Shown piece after piece: positions 50,010 to 60,169 of a DNA stretch of 64,000 nucleotides. Both the position numbers and the translations under genes were made by a program. Location of the stretch: positions 2,688,001 through 2,752,000 of the forward strand of contig OZ253470.1 in NCBI GenBank assembly GCA_965261735.1, written 5' to 3'. The notes below the pieces were generated by a model that ran no database searches, was not told where the DNA came from, and saw nothing but the letters and a program-made list of their open reading frames with translations. Origin of the DNA: Alphaproteobacteria bacterium. Its GTDB lineage: Bacteria; Pseudomonadota; Alphaproteobacteria; SHVV01. Each line of letters begins with the position of its first letter. The first letter of the stretch is position 1.

Positions 50010-51297
50010 GCTCGACTCGGGCGCGTCAGATTTCGACGCCGCCTTCGGCGCGCTGGTCTCGAACCGGCGCGGTGCCCTCGATGCCGCCGCCGCGAGCGTT
50101 GAGCCGATCCTCGCGGACGTCGCCGCGCGTGGCGACGCGGCACTCATCGACTACAGCGCCAAGTTCGATCAGGTCACCCTGACTGCGGAGACATTGCGGA
50201 TCGCGCCCGACGAGATCGAGGCGGCCGCGCAACGGGCGCCTGCAGAGGCGGTCGCGGCGCTGCAGTTCGCGGCCGAGCGCATCATCGCCTATCACGAGCC
50301 GCAGCGCCCCGCCGATGGCATGGCCCGCGACACCGCCGGGGTCGAGCTCGGGGTCCGTTGGACGGCGCTGGCGACGGTCGGTATCTACGTGCCGGGGGGC
50401 AAGGCGGCCTACCCGAGCACCGTGCTCATGAACGCTCTGCCGGCGCGCGTGGCCGGCGTCGAGCGCATCGTGATGGCGGCCCCAGCGCCGCGCGGCGAGA
50501 TCAACCCGCTGGTGTTGGCGGCGGCGCGCATCGCCGGGATCGAGGAGGTCTACCGGATCGGCGGTGCCCAGGCCATCGCCGCCCTCGCCCATGGCACCGC
50601 GACCATTGCCGCGGTCGATAAGATCGTCGGCCCGGGCAATGTCTACGTCGCCGCGGCCAAGCGCCGGCTTTTCGGCCAGGTCGGGATCGATCTTATCGCC
50701 GGGCCCTCCGAAATCCTCGTCGTCGCCGACGGTGATAGCGACCCGGCCTGGATTGCCGCCGACCTGCTGTCACAGGCGGAGCATGACGAGGCGGCGCAGG
50801 CGATCCTCATCACCGACGATGCCGGGCTCGCCGAGCGCGTTGCCACGGAGGTCGAGCGGCTGCTCGCCGAGCTCCCTCGCGCCGACATCGCGCGCGCGAG
50901 CTGGGAGCGCCACGGCGCCATCATTCGTGTCGCGAGGCTCGCCGAGGCGCCGGCGCTGATCGACCGTATCGCGCCCGAGCACCTCGAGCTCGCCGTTGAC
51001 GACCCCGAGGCGCTGGCCGCCCAGGTGCGCCACGCCGGCGCCATTTTTCTCGGCCGCTACACGCCCGAGGCGATCGGCGACTACGTCGCCGGACCCAACC
51101 ACGTGCTGCCCACGGGCGGCAACGCGCGCTTCGCGTCGGGCCTGTCGGTCCTCGACTTCATCAAGCGCACCTCCCTGGTCCGCTGCGATTCCCGCGCCAT
51201 CGCCGCCGTCGGCCCGGCCGCCATGACCCTAGCCGGGGCCGAAGGCCTGCCCGCCCACGCGCGCGCGGTGGCCCTGCGCTTGGCCGCGTCGGATTGA
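49999..51297 (+). CDS. hisD: Histidinol dehydrogenase
   Basis: [54 protein letters not shown]. Confidence 0.98.
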   Translation: MALRLDSGASDFDAAFGALVSNRRGALDAAAASVEPILADVAARGDAALIDYSAKFDQVTLTAETLRIAPDEIEAAAQRAPAEAVAALQFAAERIIAYHEPQRPADGMARDTAGVELGVRWTALATVGIYVPGGKAAYPSTVLMNALPARVAGVERIVMAAPAPRGEINPLVLAAARIAGIEEVYRIGGAQAIAALAHGTATIAAVDKIVGPGNVYVAAAKRRLFGQVGIDLIAGPSEILVVADGDSDPAWIAADLLSQAEHDEAAQAILITDDAGLAERVATEVERLLAELPRADIARASWERHGAIIRVARLAEAPALIDRIAPEHLELAVDDPEALAAQVRHAGAIFLGRYTPEAIGDYVAGPNHVLPTGGNARFASGLSVLDFIKRTSLVRCDSRAIAAVGPAAMTLAGAEGLPAHARAVALRLAASD

Positions 51298-51386
51298 GGG
51301 GCCCGGCGCACGCCATCAATTACCTTGATTTTCGACCCCTCCGTGCGCATCTTGGATGCTCGGTCGAGCGAACGAATGGAGAACGT

Positions 51387-51605
51387 ATGGCGAAGGAACA
51401 ACTCCTCGAAATGCCCGGCACGGTGACGGAATTGCTGCCCAACGCCATGTTCCGAGTCGTGCTGGAGAACGAGCACGAGGTCTTGGCCCACACCGCGGGC
51501 AAGATGCGCAAGCACCGCATCCGCGTCCTCGCCGGGGACAAGGTCCTCGTCGAGCTGACGCCCTACGACCTCACCAAGGGCCGCATTACTTTCCGCTACA
51601 AGTAG
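51387..51605 (+). CDS. infA: Translation initiation factor IF-1
   Basis: [48 protein letters not shown]. Confidence 0.98.
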   Translation: MAKEQLLEMPGTVTELLPNAMFRVVLENEHEVLAHTAGKMRKHRIRVLAGDKVLVELTPYDLTKGRITFRYK

Positions 51606-51610
51606 GCCGT

Positions 51611-52219
51611 ATGGCCGAGCAGGCTGGCGCCGGCTCTAAGCCAGCCCCCAAGCTGGCTCTGGCATCGGCCTCGCCGCGCCGCCTCGAGCTACTGGGCCAA
51701 GCCGGCATCGTACCGGCTGCCGTCAGCCCCGCAGACATCGACGAGACACCGCGCCCCCGCGAGCATCCGCGCGCGTGCGCGCAGCGCCTGGCGCGCAGCA
51801 AGGCGCTTCAGGTCGCGGGTCGGCACCCGGGCGCCTTCGTGCTCGCCGCCGACACGGTCGTGGCATGCGGGCGCCGCGCCTTGCCCAAGGCGGCGAGCGA
51901 GGCCCAAGCCCGTGCCTGCTTGAAGCGCCTCTCGGGACGGCGCCACGACGTTCACACCGCCATCGCGGTGGTCGATCCGGACGGTGGCCTGCATGAGCGC
52001 GTGGTCACCACGGGGGTCGCCTTCAAGCGTTTGGATGCGCGCGAGGTGGCCTGCTACCTCGCCAGCGGTGAGTGGTCCGGCAAGGCCGGCGGCTACGCTA
52101 TTCAGGGTGCCGCCGCGGCCCTCGTCAAGGCGATCAACGGCTCCTACACCGGCGTCGTCGGCCTGCCCTTGACCGAGACGGTCGCGCTGCTGGCCGGTTG
52201 CGGCTACAGGTGGCCGTGA
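51611..52219 (+). CDS. maf: Maf nucleotide pyrophosphatase
   Basis: LALASASPRR, ADTVV, GKAGGYAIQG, GSYTGVVGLPL. Confidence 0.95.
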   Translation: MAEQAGAGSKPAPKLALASASPRRLELLGQAGIVPAAVSPADIDETPRPREHPRACAQRLARSKALQVAGRHPGAFVLAADTVVACGRRALPKAASEAQARACLKRLSGRRHDVHTAIAVVDPDGGLHERVVTTGVAFKRLDAREVACYLASGEWSGKAGGYAIQGAAAALVKAINGSYTGVVGLPLTETVALLAGCGYRWP

Positions 52220-52286
52220 GCCACGCGCCGTTCTCGCGGGCCGTGCGTCGTGATGGTAGGCTCGCGACGAGGTTGGCCCGAGAGCC

Positions 52287-52496
52287 ATGAGCAAGCGCGC
52301 ATCGTCATCGAGCTGTCCCATCTGCGGCGGCCCGCGCGCCGCCCGCTACCGCCCCTTCTGCAGCGGCCGTTGTGCCGATGCGGACCTCGGGCGCTGGCTC
52401 GGCGGCGCCTACGCGATCGCCGGCGAGCCGATGGGCGAGGAGAGCGACGAGAGCGCCGCACCGCGCGCCCCTGCACCCGACGACGATCCGCCATGA
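52287..52496 (+). CDS. yacG: DNA gyrase inhibitor YacG
   Basis: CPICG......YRPFCS.RCADADLGRW. Confidence 0.93.
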   Translation: MSKRASSSSCPICGGPRAARYRPFCSGRCADADLGRWLGGAYAIAGEPMGEESDESAAPRAPAPDDDPP

Positions 52497-53539
52497 AGGA
52501 GGGCTTGCGCGTTTTCGACAGCGACATGCACGTGATCGAGGGCGCCGAGGTCTACGCCGCCTGCCCCGATCCGCGCTACCGCGCCGACATGCCCGAATAT
52601 CTCGGCTGGAGCCCCACCAACTTCCCACACTGGAACGTGCGCGGCACCATCATTCCGCCCTGGGCCCAGGCCGACGACGTGGCCGGCCCGCAGGCCTCGC
52701 TCGATGCGCCGCGCGAGGGCGTATACCGCGCGATCCGCGAGCGCGGCTACGATGCCGCCTCGATGTTGGCGGCGATGGACGCGGAGGGCATCGACCGCAC
52801 CGTCGTCTACCGCACCTTCGCCCACATGGTGGTATCGATCGACGACCTGGAGGCGGGCTACGCCATCGCCTGCTGCGCCGCCTTCAACGACTGGCTGGCC
52901 GGCTATTGCGCGACCGATCGGCGGCGCCTCGCGCCAGCCGCCATCGTCTCGCTGCACGATCCCGAGTGCGACGTCTTGTGGCGCGAGGTCGCGCGCCTCG
53001 GGGTCGCCCTCGTCTTTCATGGCACGAGCGGCGCCGCGTCCGCCGACTACGTCGCCAACCGCTTTCGCGGCCACGTCAATTTCCGCACGCTCAACCACGC
53101 CTCCGCCTTCCCGCTCGAACTCATGCTGGCCCTCGCGGCGATGACGGCGGGCGGCGTGCTCGAGCGCTTCCCCGATCTGCGGCTCGGCTTTCTCGAGGGC
53201 AATTGTGGCTGGCTGCCGTGGTGGCTCGGCCGCCTCGACGACCAGTGGCGCAAGTATGGCGGCGGCGAGAAGGTTCGGCTGTCGGCGCTGCCGAGCGAGT
53301 ATTTCCAGCGCCAATGCGTCGTCGGCGCCGATGCGGACGAGGCTTCGCTGGCCGCCGTCATCGATGCGCTAGGCGACGACAATCTCGTGATGTCGATCGA
53401 TTATCCGCACGCCTACGGCCCGTTTCCGCACGGGGTCGATGCCTTCCTCGCGCAGCCCCGTGTGGGCCGCGATTCGAAGCGCAAGATCCTGTGGGACAAC
53501 TGCCTCCGGCTCTACGGCGCGGCCCTGGCCGCGGCGTAG
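52493..53539 (+). CDS. Amidohydrolase_2 family protein (probable internal deletion)
   Basis: DSDMHVIE, MDAEGID, AFNDWLA.YC, GGVLERFP.LR..FLE...GWLP, DYPH. Confidence 0.8.
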   Translation: MKEGLRVFDSDMHVIEGAEVYAACPDPRYRADMPEYLGWSPTNFPHWNVRGTIIPPWAQADDVAGPQASLDAPREGVYRAIRERGYDAASMLAAMDAEGIDRTVVYRTFAHMVVSIDDLEAGYAIACCAAFNDWLAGYCATDRRRLAPAAIVSLHDPECDVLWREVARLGVALVFHGTSGAASADYVANRFRGHVNFRTLNHASAFPLELMLALAAMTAGGVLERFPDLRLGFLEGNCGWLPWWLGRLDDQWRKYGGGEKVRLSALPSEYFQRQCVVGADADEASLAAVIDALGDDNLVMSIDYPHAYGPFPHGVDAFLAQPRVGRDSKRKILWDNCLRLYGAALAAA

Positions 53540-53632
53540 CACCCGAGGGCTGCCGGGGTCCCGGCCGCGCCGCCCGCGGGGGCTCGACAGGCCCGGCGGA
53601 CTTCCTTATAAGGCGGGGCGCCCGACGCCCTC

Positions 53633-53708
<76 letters not shown>

Positions 53709-53835
53709 GCTTTTCAAGGACTTAGCACCAGTTACGTCCGGCGCTAGCCAGCGGCTGCGTAATTTCTGTGTAAACGCGTCAACGAATTCGGTCTTGGCCC
53801 CAGTTCCGGTTCTGCTTCGCGGCCAGGACCGGTCG

Positions 53836-55284
53836 GGTCGTGTCCCAGGACGTGGTGTAGGAGTTGTTGGAGCCTCTGGTAGCTGTGGGTAGGCGGCTTG
53901 CCGTAGCGACCGCCGAGAGTCTGGCGTAGGCAAGCCGGCTATCCACAGCGGAGGCCATCGCGGTTCCGGTTTAGGGTTGGGCTAGTGCAAACCAACCTGA
54001 CCCGAAGGAGAACCACGATGACCCAGGACATGATGACCCTGCGCGCGCTTTTGGAGAAGAGCTCCGATGCCGATCTGCTTTGCGAGATGATCGGCTTCAC
54101 GGCCGAGCGGCTGATGGCACTGGAGGTTGAGGGCCTGACCGGCGCCGGGCACGGCGAGCGCTCGGCGGATCGTATCACCCATCGCAACGGCTACCGCGAC
54201 CGGTCCTGGGAGACGCGGGCCGGCACGGTCGAGCTGAAGATCCCGAAGCTGAGGAAGGGAAGCTACTTCCCGGGCTTCCTGGAGCCGCGGCGGATGGCCG
54301 AGAAGGCGCTGGCTGCGGTGATCCAGGAGGCCTACATCCAGGGGGTGTCGACCCGCTCGGTCGACGATCTGGTTCAGGCGATGGGGATGTCGGGCGCCTC
54401 CAAGAGCCAGGTCTCCAGGCTGTGCGGCGAGATCGACGATAAGGTCAACGGCTTCCTCGATCGACCGCTGGAGGGCGACTGGCCCTATCTGTGGCTCGAC
54501 GCCACCTACGTGAAGGTGCGCCAGACCGGACGCATCGTCTCGGTCGCGGTGACCGTGGCTGTGGCCGTCAACGACCAAGGCCGCCGCGAGGTCCTGGGCG
54601 TGGCGATCGGCGCGTCGGAGGCCGAGACCTTCTGGACCGAGTTCCTGCGCTCGCTGGCCCGGCGCGGGCTGCGCGGCGTGAAGCTGGTGATCTCCGACGA
54701 CCACAAGGGCCTGAAGGCCGCCGCGACCCGGATCCTCGGCGCCACATGGCAGCGCTGCCGCGTGCACTTCGCCCGCAACCTGCTGGCCCATGCCGGCCGC
54801 CAGGGCCGGCGCGTCGTCTCCGCCTTCGTCGCCACCGCCTTCGCCCAGGAGGACGCCGACAGCGCGAAGGCCCAGTGGCGTCAGGTCGCCGACCAGCTCA
54901 GGCCCAAGGTGCCCAAGCTGGCAGTTCTCATGGACGAAGCCGAGCACGACGTCCTCGCCTACATGAGCTTCCCCAGGGAGCACCGCCAGAAATTGCACTC
55001 CACAAACCCGATCGAACGGCTCCATGCCGAGGTCAAGCGCCGCACCAACGTCGTCGGCATCTTTCCCAACGAAGCCGCCATCACACGGCTCGTCGGCGCC
55101 ATCCTTCTCGAGCAGAACGATGAGTGGGCCGTCTCAAGGAGATACATGACGCTGGAATCCATCGCTCCGCTGAGCGATGGTGTCCCCATCACGCTGCCCA
55201 CCGTGGCAGCCTGAACGTCCCGGCCCTACCCGCCGGGAGCCGCGTAGAGCGCAACGCTCTTACACCACGCGCCGGGACACGATC
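53836..55284 (+). mobile_element. IS256-family element copy 3 (tnp 54018-55214, intact)
   Basis: 1449 bp; 9-bp TSD GACCGGTCG at 53827-53835 and 55285-55293. Confidence 0.97.
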
Positions 55285-55430
55285 GACCGGTCGTCGCGGA
55301 CTGCTCGCTGTGACTTCCCCTTGTAGCCATTAGCGGACATAGAGAGGCGCGCAAACAAAGGCCCTTCCGATGCGAACCGCTTCCGAGCGCCCTCTTCAAC
55401 GGGCGGGTCTCCCACCCCAAGGCCCAGGCG

Positions 55431-55694
55431 GTGCCGAGGTACACTGAGCGGCTCGACAATTTCTGCCTCAACGACCCGCCGGACGCGGCCGACCTGGGCC
55501 ACATCGCCAACTACCGCGACCGCTTCATGGCCGAGGACATCACCGCCATGGTCAGCCAGCAGAAGGGGCTCAAGGCGCGCGGCTACGTGCAGGGCCGGCT
55601 GATGGTCGACCGCGAGCGTAGTTGGCGCAGCGCGCATGGTACCCATCATTTCCAGCGCCTGGTATGGGAAGCCCTGAACGGGGACAGCTACTAG
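55431..55694 (+). pseudogene. C-terminal fragment of a CntA/YeaW-like Rieske oxygenase
   Basis: EDITAMVSQQKGLKARGYVQGRLMVD....WRSAHGTHHFQRLV. Confidence 0.65.
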
Positions 55695-55808
55695 CAAGGG
55701 CTGGTGACTTCCGCACCGCGCCCCGGGGCCGAGCCTCGCGGCGAGGGTGCGGACGAGATAAATGCCGAGCCGGCGGTCTGCGGGTGATGCGGTTCTCGTC
55801 GCCCTATC

Positions 55809-57023
55809 TCAACCGGCGGGTATGTTTGAAGTCATGCTTCCCGCGACGACAGCGCCATTCTTGACGACCGCCCGGTGGTTGCGGCGTTGCGCCGCCATCA
55901 TGATGTCGTCGACCGGATTACCGTCAACGATCAGGAGGTCGGCGTACTGGCCATCCGAGATGCGCCCGCGGTCGGTGAAACGATTGAGGTCGGCGGCGTT
56001 GCCGGTGGCCGCCACCAGTGCATCCGCGGGCCGCACACCTGCCTCGACAAGGAATTTGAGCTCGAGCGCGTTGTCGCCGTGATCGGTCAGCTGAGTGCCG
56101 GCGTCGGTGCCCATCGCGAGCTTGCCGCCGGCATCATAGAACATCTTTACCGATTGCCGACCCCGCTCGACGACCCGCTCGGTCTTCTCGACGGCCTCGC
56201 TCGGGAGGCCGTGATCGCGGCCGTGCAGCATGTTGTTGATCACCGACAGCGTGGCGACGAGGTAGGTGCCGCTCTCGAGCATCTCCTCGACGCATTGCTC
56301 GTCCATGAACACGCCATGCTCGACCGAATCGGCGCCGCCGCGGACCGAGTTGAGGATACCGTCCCGGCCCATCGCGTGACAGGCACCGGGCTTATGAAAG
56401 CGGTGCCCCTCGGCGATGGCTGCCGCGACCTCGGCCGCGCTGTAGTGAGCGTCCTCGGGGTTGACGCCCGGCGTACTGAGCCCGCCCGTGGCGATAATCT
56501 TGACAACGTCGCAGCCAGCCTGAATTTGATAGCGTACCGCCTTGACCACGCCATCGACGCCATCGGCGACGGTCGCCATTTGGCGGCCGTGGCCGCCGGT
56601 CATGCAAATCATGTGGCCCGAGGCGCGGATGGTGGGCCCAACGAACCGCCCCTGGTTGCAGGCGTCACGTACGGCGAATTCGAGGAAATCCTTGCCGCCG
56701 CAGTCGCGTATCGCCGTGACGCCGCCGCGCAGCGTCGCCTGTGCGTTATCGAGGGCGCTGAGTACGATCTGTCCCGGCGTGCGGCGGATCATAACGTGGA
56801 AGGGATCGGGCCCGCCTGAGAACACCAGATGCACGTGGCAATCGATGAGGCCGGGAAGGACGGTCATTCCCGTCGTATCGACCCGTTCGCCCGCGAAGCC
56901 CTCGAACTCCTGTGCCGGCGCGACGCGCTCGATGAGCTCGCCCTCGACGAGAACCCCGTGCCGTTCGAGGAGGGTGCCGCTCCCGTCAAACACGAGCCCG
57001 CCCGAATACAGCGTTGCCATCAT
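55809..57023 (-). CDS. Amidohydrolase_1 family metallo-hydrolase (Xaa-Pro dipeptidase-like)
   Basis: PGLIDCHVH, TGGHG, KIIATGG, CHA.G, SVEHG, GTDAG, ADLLIVDGNP. Confidence 0.92.
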   Translation of the reverse strand: MMATLYSGGLVFDGSGTLLERHGVLVEGELIERVAPAQEFEGFAGERVDTTGMTVLPGLIDCHVHLVFSGGPDPFHVMIRRTPGQIVLSALDNAQATLRGGVTAIRDCGGKDFLEFAVRDACNQGRFVGPTIRASGHMICMTGGHGRQMATVADGVDGVVKAVRYQIQAGCDVVKIIATGGLSTPGVNPEDAHYSAAEVAAAIAEGHRFHKPGACHAMGRDGILNSVRGGADSVEHGVFMDEQCVEEMLESGTYLVATLSVINNMLHGRDHGLPSEAVEKTERVVERGRQSVKMFYDAGGKLAMGTDAGTQLTDHGDNALELKFLVEAGVRPADALVAATGNAADLNRFTDRGRISDGQYADLLIVDGNPVDDIMMAAQRRNHRAVVKNGAVVAGSMTSNIPAG

Positions 57024-57086
57024 GCCCTCCGCCGTTAATGCCGCCTCAAACCGCGTACGCGCTTGCCCGACCTCATAGGAGCCACC

Positions 57087-58388
57087 CTACATCAGGTTAG
57101 GCAGGAACATGACGATCCCGGGCACGAACAGGAGCAGCGCCAGCCTTACGAAGTCGGCGCCTATGAACGGCGCGACGCCCCGGAAAATGGATGTCACCGG
57201 CACATCCGGGAGCATGGCCTTGAGCATGAATACGTTCACGCCGATGGGCGGCGTAATCAAGCCGATTTCGATAACGACCACGACCAGGATGCCGAACCAC
57301 ACGAGATCGAAGCCCAGCGCCTGCGCCACCGGATAGAAGATAGGCAGGGTTAGCAACATCATGGACAGGCTCTCCAAGACGCAGCCGAGCCCGATGTAGA
57401 TGGCCAATATGACGAGAATGACGACAATCGGCGCGACCTCGAGCGTGGCGATCCACTCCGCGATCATCCTCGGCAGGCCCGAAACCTCGAGGAAGTTGGA
57501 GAACAGAATGGCGCCGATCAGGACGATGAACATCATCGATGTGATCTGAGCCGTCTCCATCAGGACTTCGATCACGCCGCGCACGCTCAGTCTGCGCCGC
57601 GCCAGCGCAAACAAAAAGGCGCCGCTGGCCCCGATGCCGGCGGCCTCCGTCGGCGTGAACACGCCGAAGTAAATCCCACCCAATACGATGATGAAAAGAA
57701 CGAGGATCCCCCATACCGCGCGTAGCGCGTGAAGCCGGCCGCGCCAATTCACGCGCTCGCCCCGCGGGCCGATGCTCGGATTGATCCGCGTCATGATGCT
57801 GATCGCGCCGATGTAGAGGGTGATGCTGAGGATTCCAGGAACGATGCCGGCGATGAACAGCTTGCCGATATCGGTTTCCGTCATGATGCCGTAGATGACC
57901 AAAACCACGCTCGGCGGGATCAGGATGCCGAGGGTGCCGCCCGCGGCGATGGCGCCGGTCGCGAGACTGTCGGCGTAGCCGTAGCGCCGCATCGGCGGCA
58001 TGGCGACCTTGCTCATGGTGGCCGCGGCGGCGAGGCTGGAGCCGCACACAGCGGCAAATCCGCCGCACGCGGCAATGGTCGCCATGGCCAGGCCACCTCT
58101 TCGGTGGCCCAGGAAGGCGTAGGCCGCGTCGTAGAGCTCCTGCGACAGCCCCGACTTCGATACAAAGCTGCCCATCAGGATGAACAGGGGGAGGACCGAA
58201 AAGCTATAGGTAATGACGGTGTCGAAGGCGATCTGCGCGACCATTGCAAGGGAGGGTCCGACGCCTACCAGGAACGCGAAGGCGACGGCCCCCACGCTCG
58301 CCATTCCGAAGGCAAGGGGCACGCCAAGGAAGAGCAGAGTAAACAGGGCGGCAAAGCCCGCCAGCGCCAGCGCGAGAGACGCCTCCAT
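57087..58388 (-). CDS. dctM: TRAP transporter large permease
   Basis: PLFILMG, GSS.A.AATM, AGGTLGILIPPS, FTPTEAA, ITPP.G.NVF. Confidence 0.95.
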   Translation of the reverse strand: MEASLALALAGFAALFTLLFLGVPLAFGMASVGAVAFAFLVGVGPSLAMVAQIAFDTVITYSFSVLPLFILMGSFVSKSGLSQELYDAAYAFLGHRRGGLAMATIAACGGFAAVCGSSLAAAATMSKVAMPPMRRYGYADSLATGAIAAGGTLGILIPPSVVLVIYGIMTETDIGKLFIAGIVPGILSITLYIGAISIMTRINPSIGPRGERVNWRGRLHALRAVWGILVLFIIVLGGIYFGVFTPTEAAGIGASGAFLFALARRRLSVRGVIEVLMETAQITSMMFIVLIGAILFSNFLEVSGLPRMIAEWIATLEVAPIVVILVILAIYIGLGCVLESLSMMLLTLPIFYPVAQALGFDLVWFGILVVVVIEIGLITPPIGVNVFMLKAMLPDVPVTSIFRGVAPFIGADFVRLALLLFVPGIVMFLPNLM

Positions 58389-58391
58389 CGA

Positions 58392-58931
58392 CTAGGGCCG
58401 GGCGGGTGACTTCGCCAAGCGCTGCCGCAGATAGCGCCAGGCGAGGGCCATTTGGATCACCGCGGTAAGGCCCGATGCGACGCTCATGAAGTAGGCCAGC
58501 GGCGCCATCGGTATGCGTAGAAACGCGCTCATATTGTTGTATTCGGCGAGACCATCGCCCATGACCCACAGCCGCCAGCTCAACACGCCCAGGACACAGG
58601 CGCCGAACAGGTTGACGCCGACCGACTGAATCCACTTGCTCGAGCCGAAGACGATGTTGTCGAGCAGAGAAATCGTGACATGGCTCTCGCGGGCGCTGAC
58701 CAACGGCAGGCCGGCGAAAACCGAGACGCCCAGCACGAGCTGGGTGATTTCATAAGCCGCAGGGACGGGCGTTAGGAAAACGTAGCGGCCGAGGACATGC
58801 GCGAAAGTAAGGCACATCATGAAGAAAATGATGCCCGCCGCGAGCATGCCCAGCGTTCGCTCGAGGAATCGGGTCGGCGCGGACGCGGACGGAAGCGGGG
58901 GTTGTTGTTCGACGCCTCTTGTTTCGGTCAT
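58392..58931 (-). CDS. dctQ: TRAP transporter small permease
   Basis: Four TM segments, V.GRY.F..P...AYE, HVTISL. Confidence 0.9.
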   Translation of the reverse strand: MTETRGVEQQPPLPSASAPTRFLERTLGMLAAGIIFFMMCLTFAHVLGRYVFLTPVPAAYEITQLVLGVSVFAGLPLVSARESHVTISLLDNIVFGSSKWIQSVGVNLFGACVLGVLSWRLWVMGDGLAEYNNMSAFLRIPMAPLAYFMSVASGLTAVIQMALAWRYLRQRLAKSPARP

Positions 58932-59034
58932 GGCCCGCGCGACGCCCGTGCCGCGGCGTCGGATCGCCGGCGACGCCGGCCTGCGGCGGGGCGCCGGTCC
59001 GCAACGAACCGACCACCCGCGTAGGCCCAGCCCG

Positions 59035-60078
59035 TCATTTCTTGGAGCTGATGTACTTGTCCTGCTCCTCGAGGAGCATCTTCATGGCCGCCTTACCGTC
59101 AAGGCCGCTCTTGGTGGCCCGGGCGTACCAATCCTGCTCCAGAAACTCGAGCTTGTCGCGTAGGGCCGTCACCTCGGCATCTCCAAGTACGTGGACCTTC
59201 GCACCGGCTTTGACCATTTCCGCTCGCGCGATCGCCGCTTCCTCGTCCCAGTTGCCGCTGAACATGGCCGCCATCGCCTCGCCCGTGCAACAGGCGGTAA
59301 TGGCGCGCTGATCCTTTGTCGATATCTTGTTCCACGCTGCCGGGTTCATAACGACGTACAGGCTCGCCGAGTAGAATCCGCCGGGAACCTCGGTCAAGGC
59401 ATGAATGAACTTCTCCAGCTTGAGCGAGGACCACGCATCGGTGTTGAAGAAGGCCCCGTCCACGACTCCCTTCGAGAGCAATTCGTAGACGACGCGGGCT
59501 GATTCGGCGACGGGGACCGCGCCCAGCGCCTTGCTCATGTCCGAGATCGCCGGTGTCGCGACGCGCAGCGTAAGCCCTTGGAAGTCGTCGATCTTCCGGA
59601 TCGGCTCATCTTTCGTGAAGAGTATGCCTGGGCTCTGCAACCAGAATCCCAGCACCTTCACGCCGCGATGCTCATGCTGCATCTCCGGAGACTGTTGATA
59701 CACGCGCCATAGGGCGACCGTCATGGCTTCGGCGCTTTTGGTGATGAACGGCAGCTCGGCGATGCGGGTCAGATCGAACTGGCCGGCCGAGTAACCATGG
59801 GCCGCCCAGGTGATGTCGGCGACGCCATCACGGGCAATCTCGAACTGCCGGCCGGGGGCACCGAGCGACGACTTGGTGAGCTCGACCTTTACCCGGCCTT
59901 CGGTGACCTCTTCGATCTTCGTCGCCCACGGCACGAAGTTTCTCACGGTGAACCAGTGCGTGGGCGGCATCCAATTGTTGAACCGGAGCGTCACGTCTTG
60001 CGCGTGCGAGTGCGTCGCTGCGCCGAGGAGTCCCGCGGCGACCAACGATATTTGCAGTATCCGAGAAGTAATCTTCAT
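59035..60078 (-). CDS. dctP: TRAP transporter substrate-binding protein
   Basis: Signal peptide, WMPPTH, EE.TEGRVKV, GVADI, ELPF, DFQGLTLR, YELLSKGVVDG. Confidence 0.93.
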   Translation of the reverse strand: MKITSRILQISLVAAGLLGAATHSHAQDVTLRFNNWMPPTHWFTVRNFVPWATKIEEVTEGRVKVELTKSSLGAPGRQFEIARDGVADITWAAHGYSAGQFDLTRIAELPFITKSAEAMTVALWRVYQQSPEMQHEHRGVKVLGFWLQSPGILFTKDEPIRKIDDFQGLTLRVATPAISDMSKALGAVPVAESARVVYELLSKGVVDGAFFNTDAWSSLKLEKFIHALTEVPGGFYSASLYVVMNPAAWNKISTKDQRAITACCTGEAMAAMFSGNWDEEAAIARAEMVKAGAKVHVLGDAEVTALRDKLEFLEQDWYARATKSGLDGKAAMKMLLEEQDKYISSKK

Positions 60079-60169
60079 TTGGTTCTCCGTCCCTTGCGGT
60101 TCCGAGGGGTTTAGGTCTCCGCAACTAAGAGTTGGTAGTAGATCGAGAACTGCACTGCGAAAGACATAC

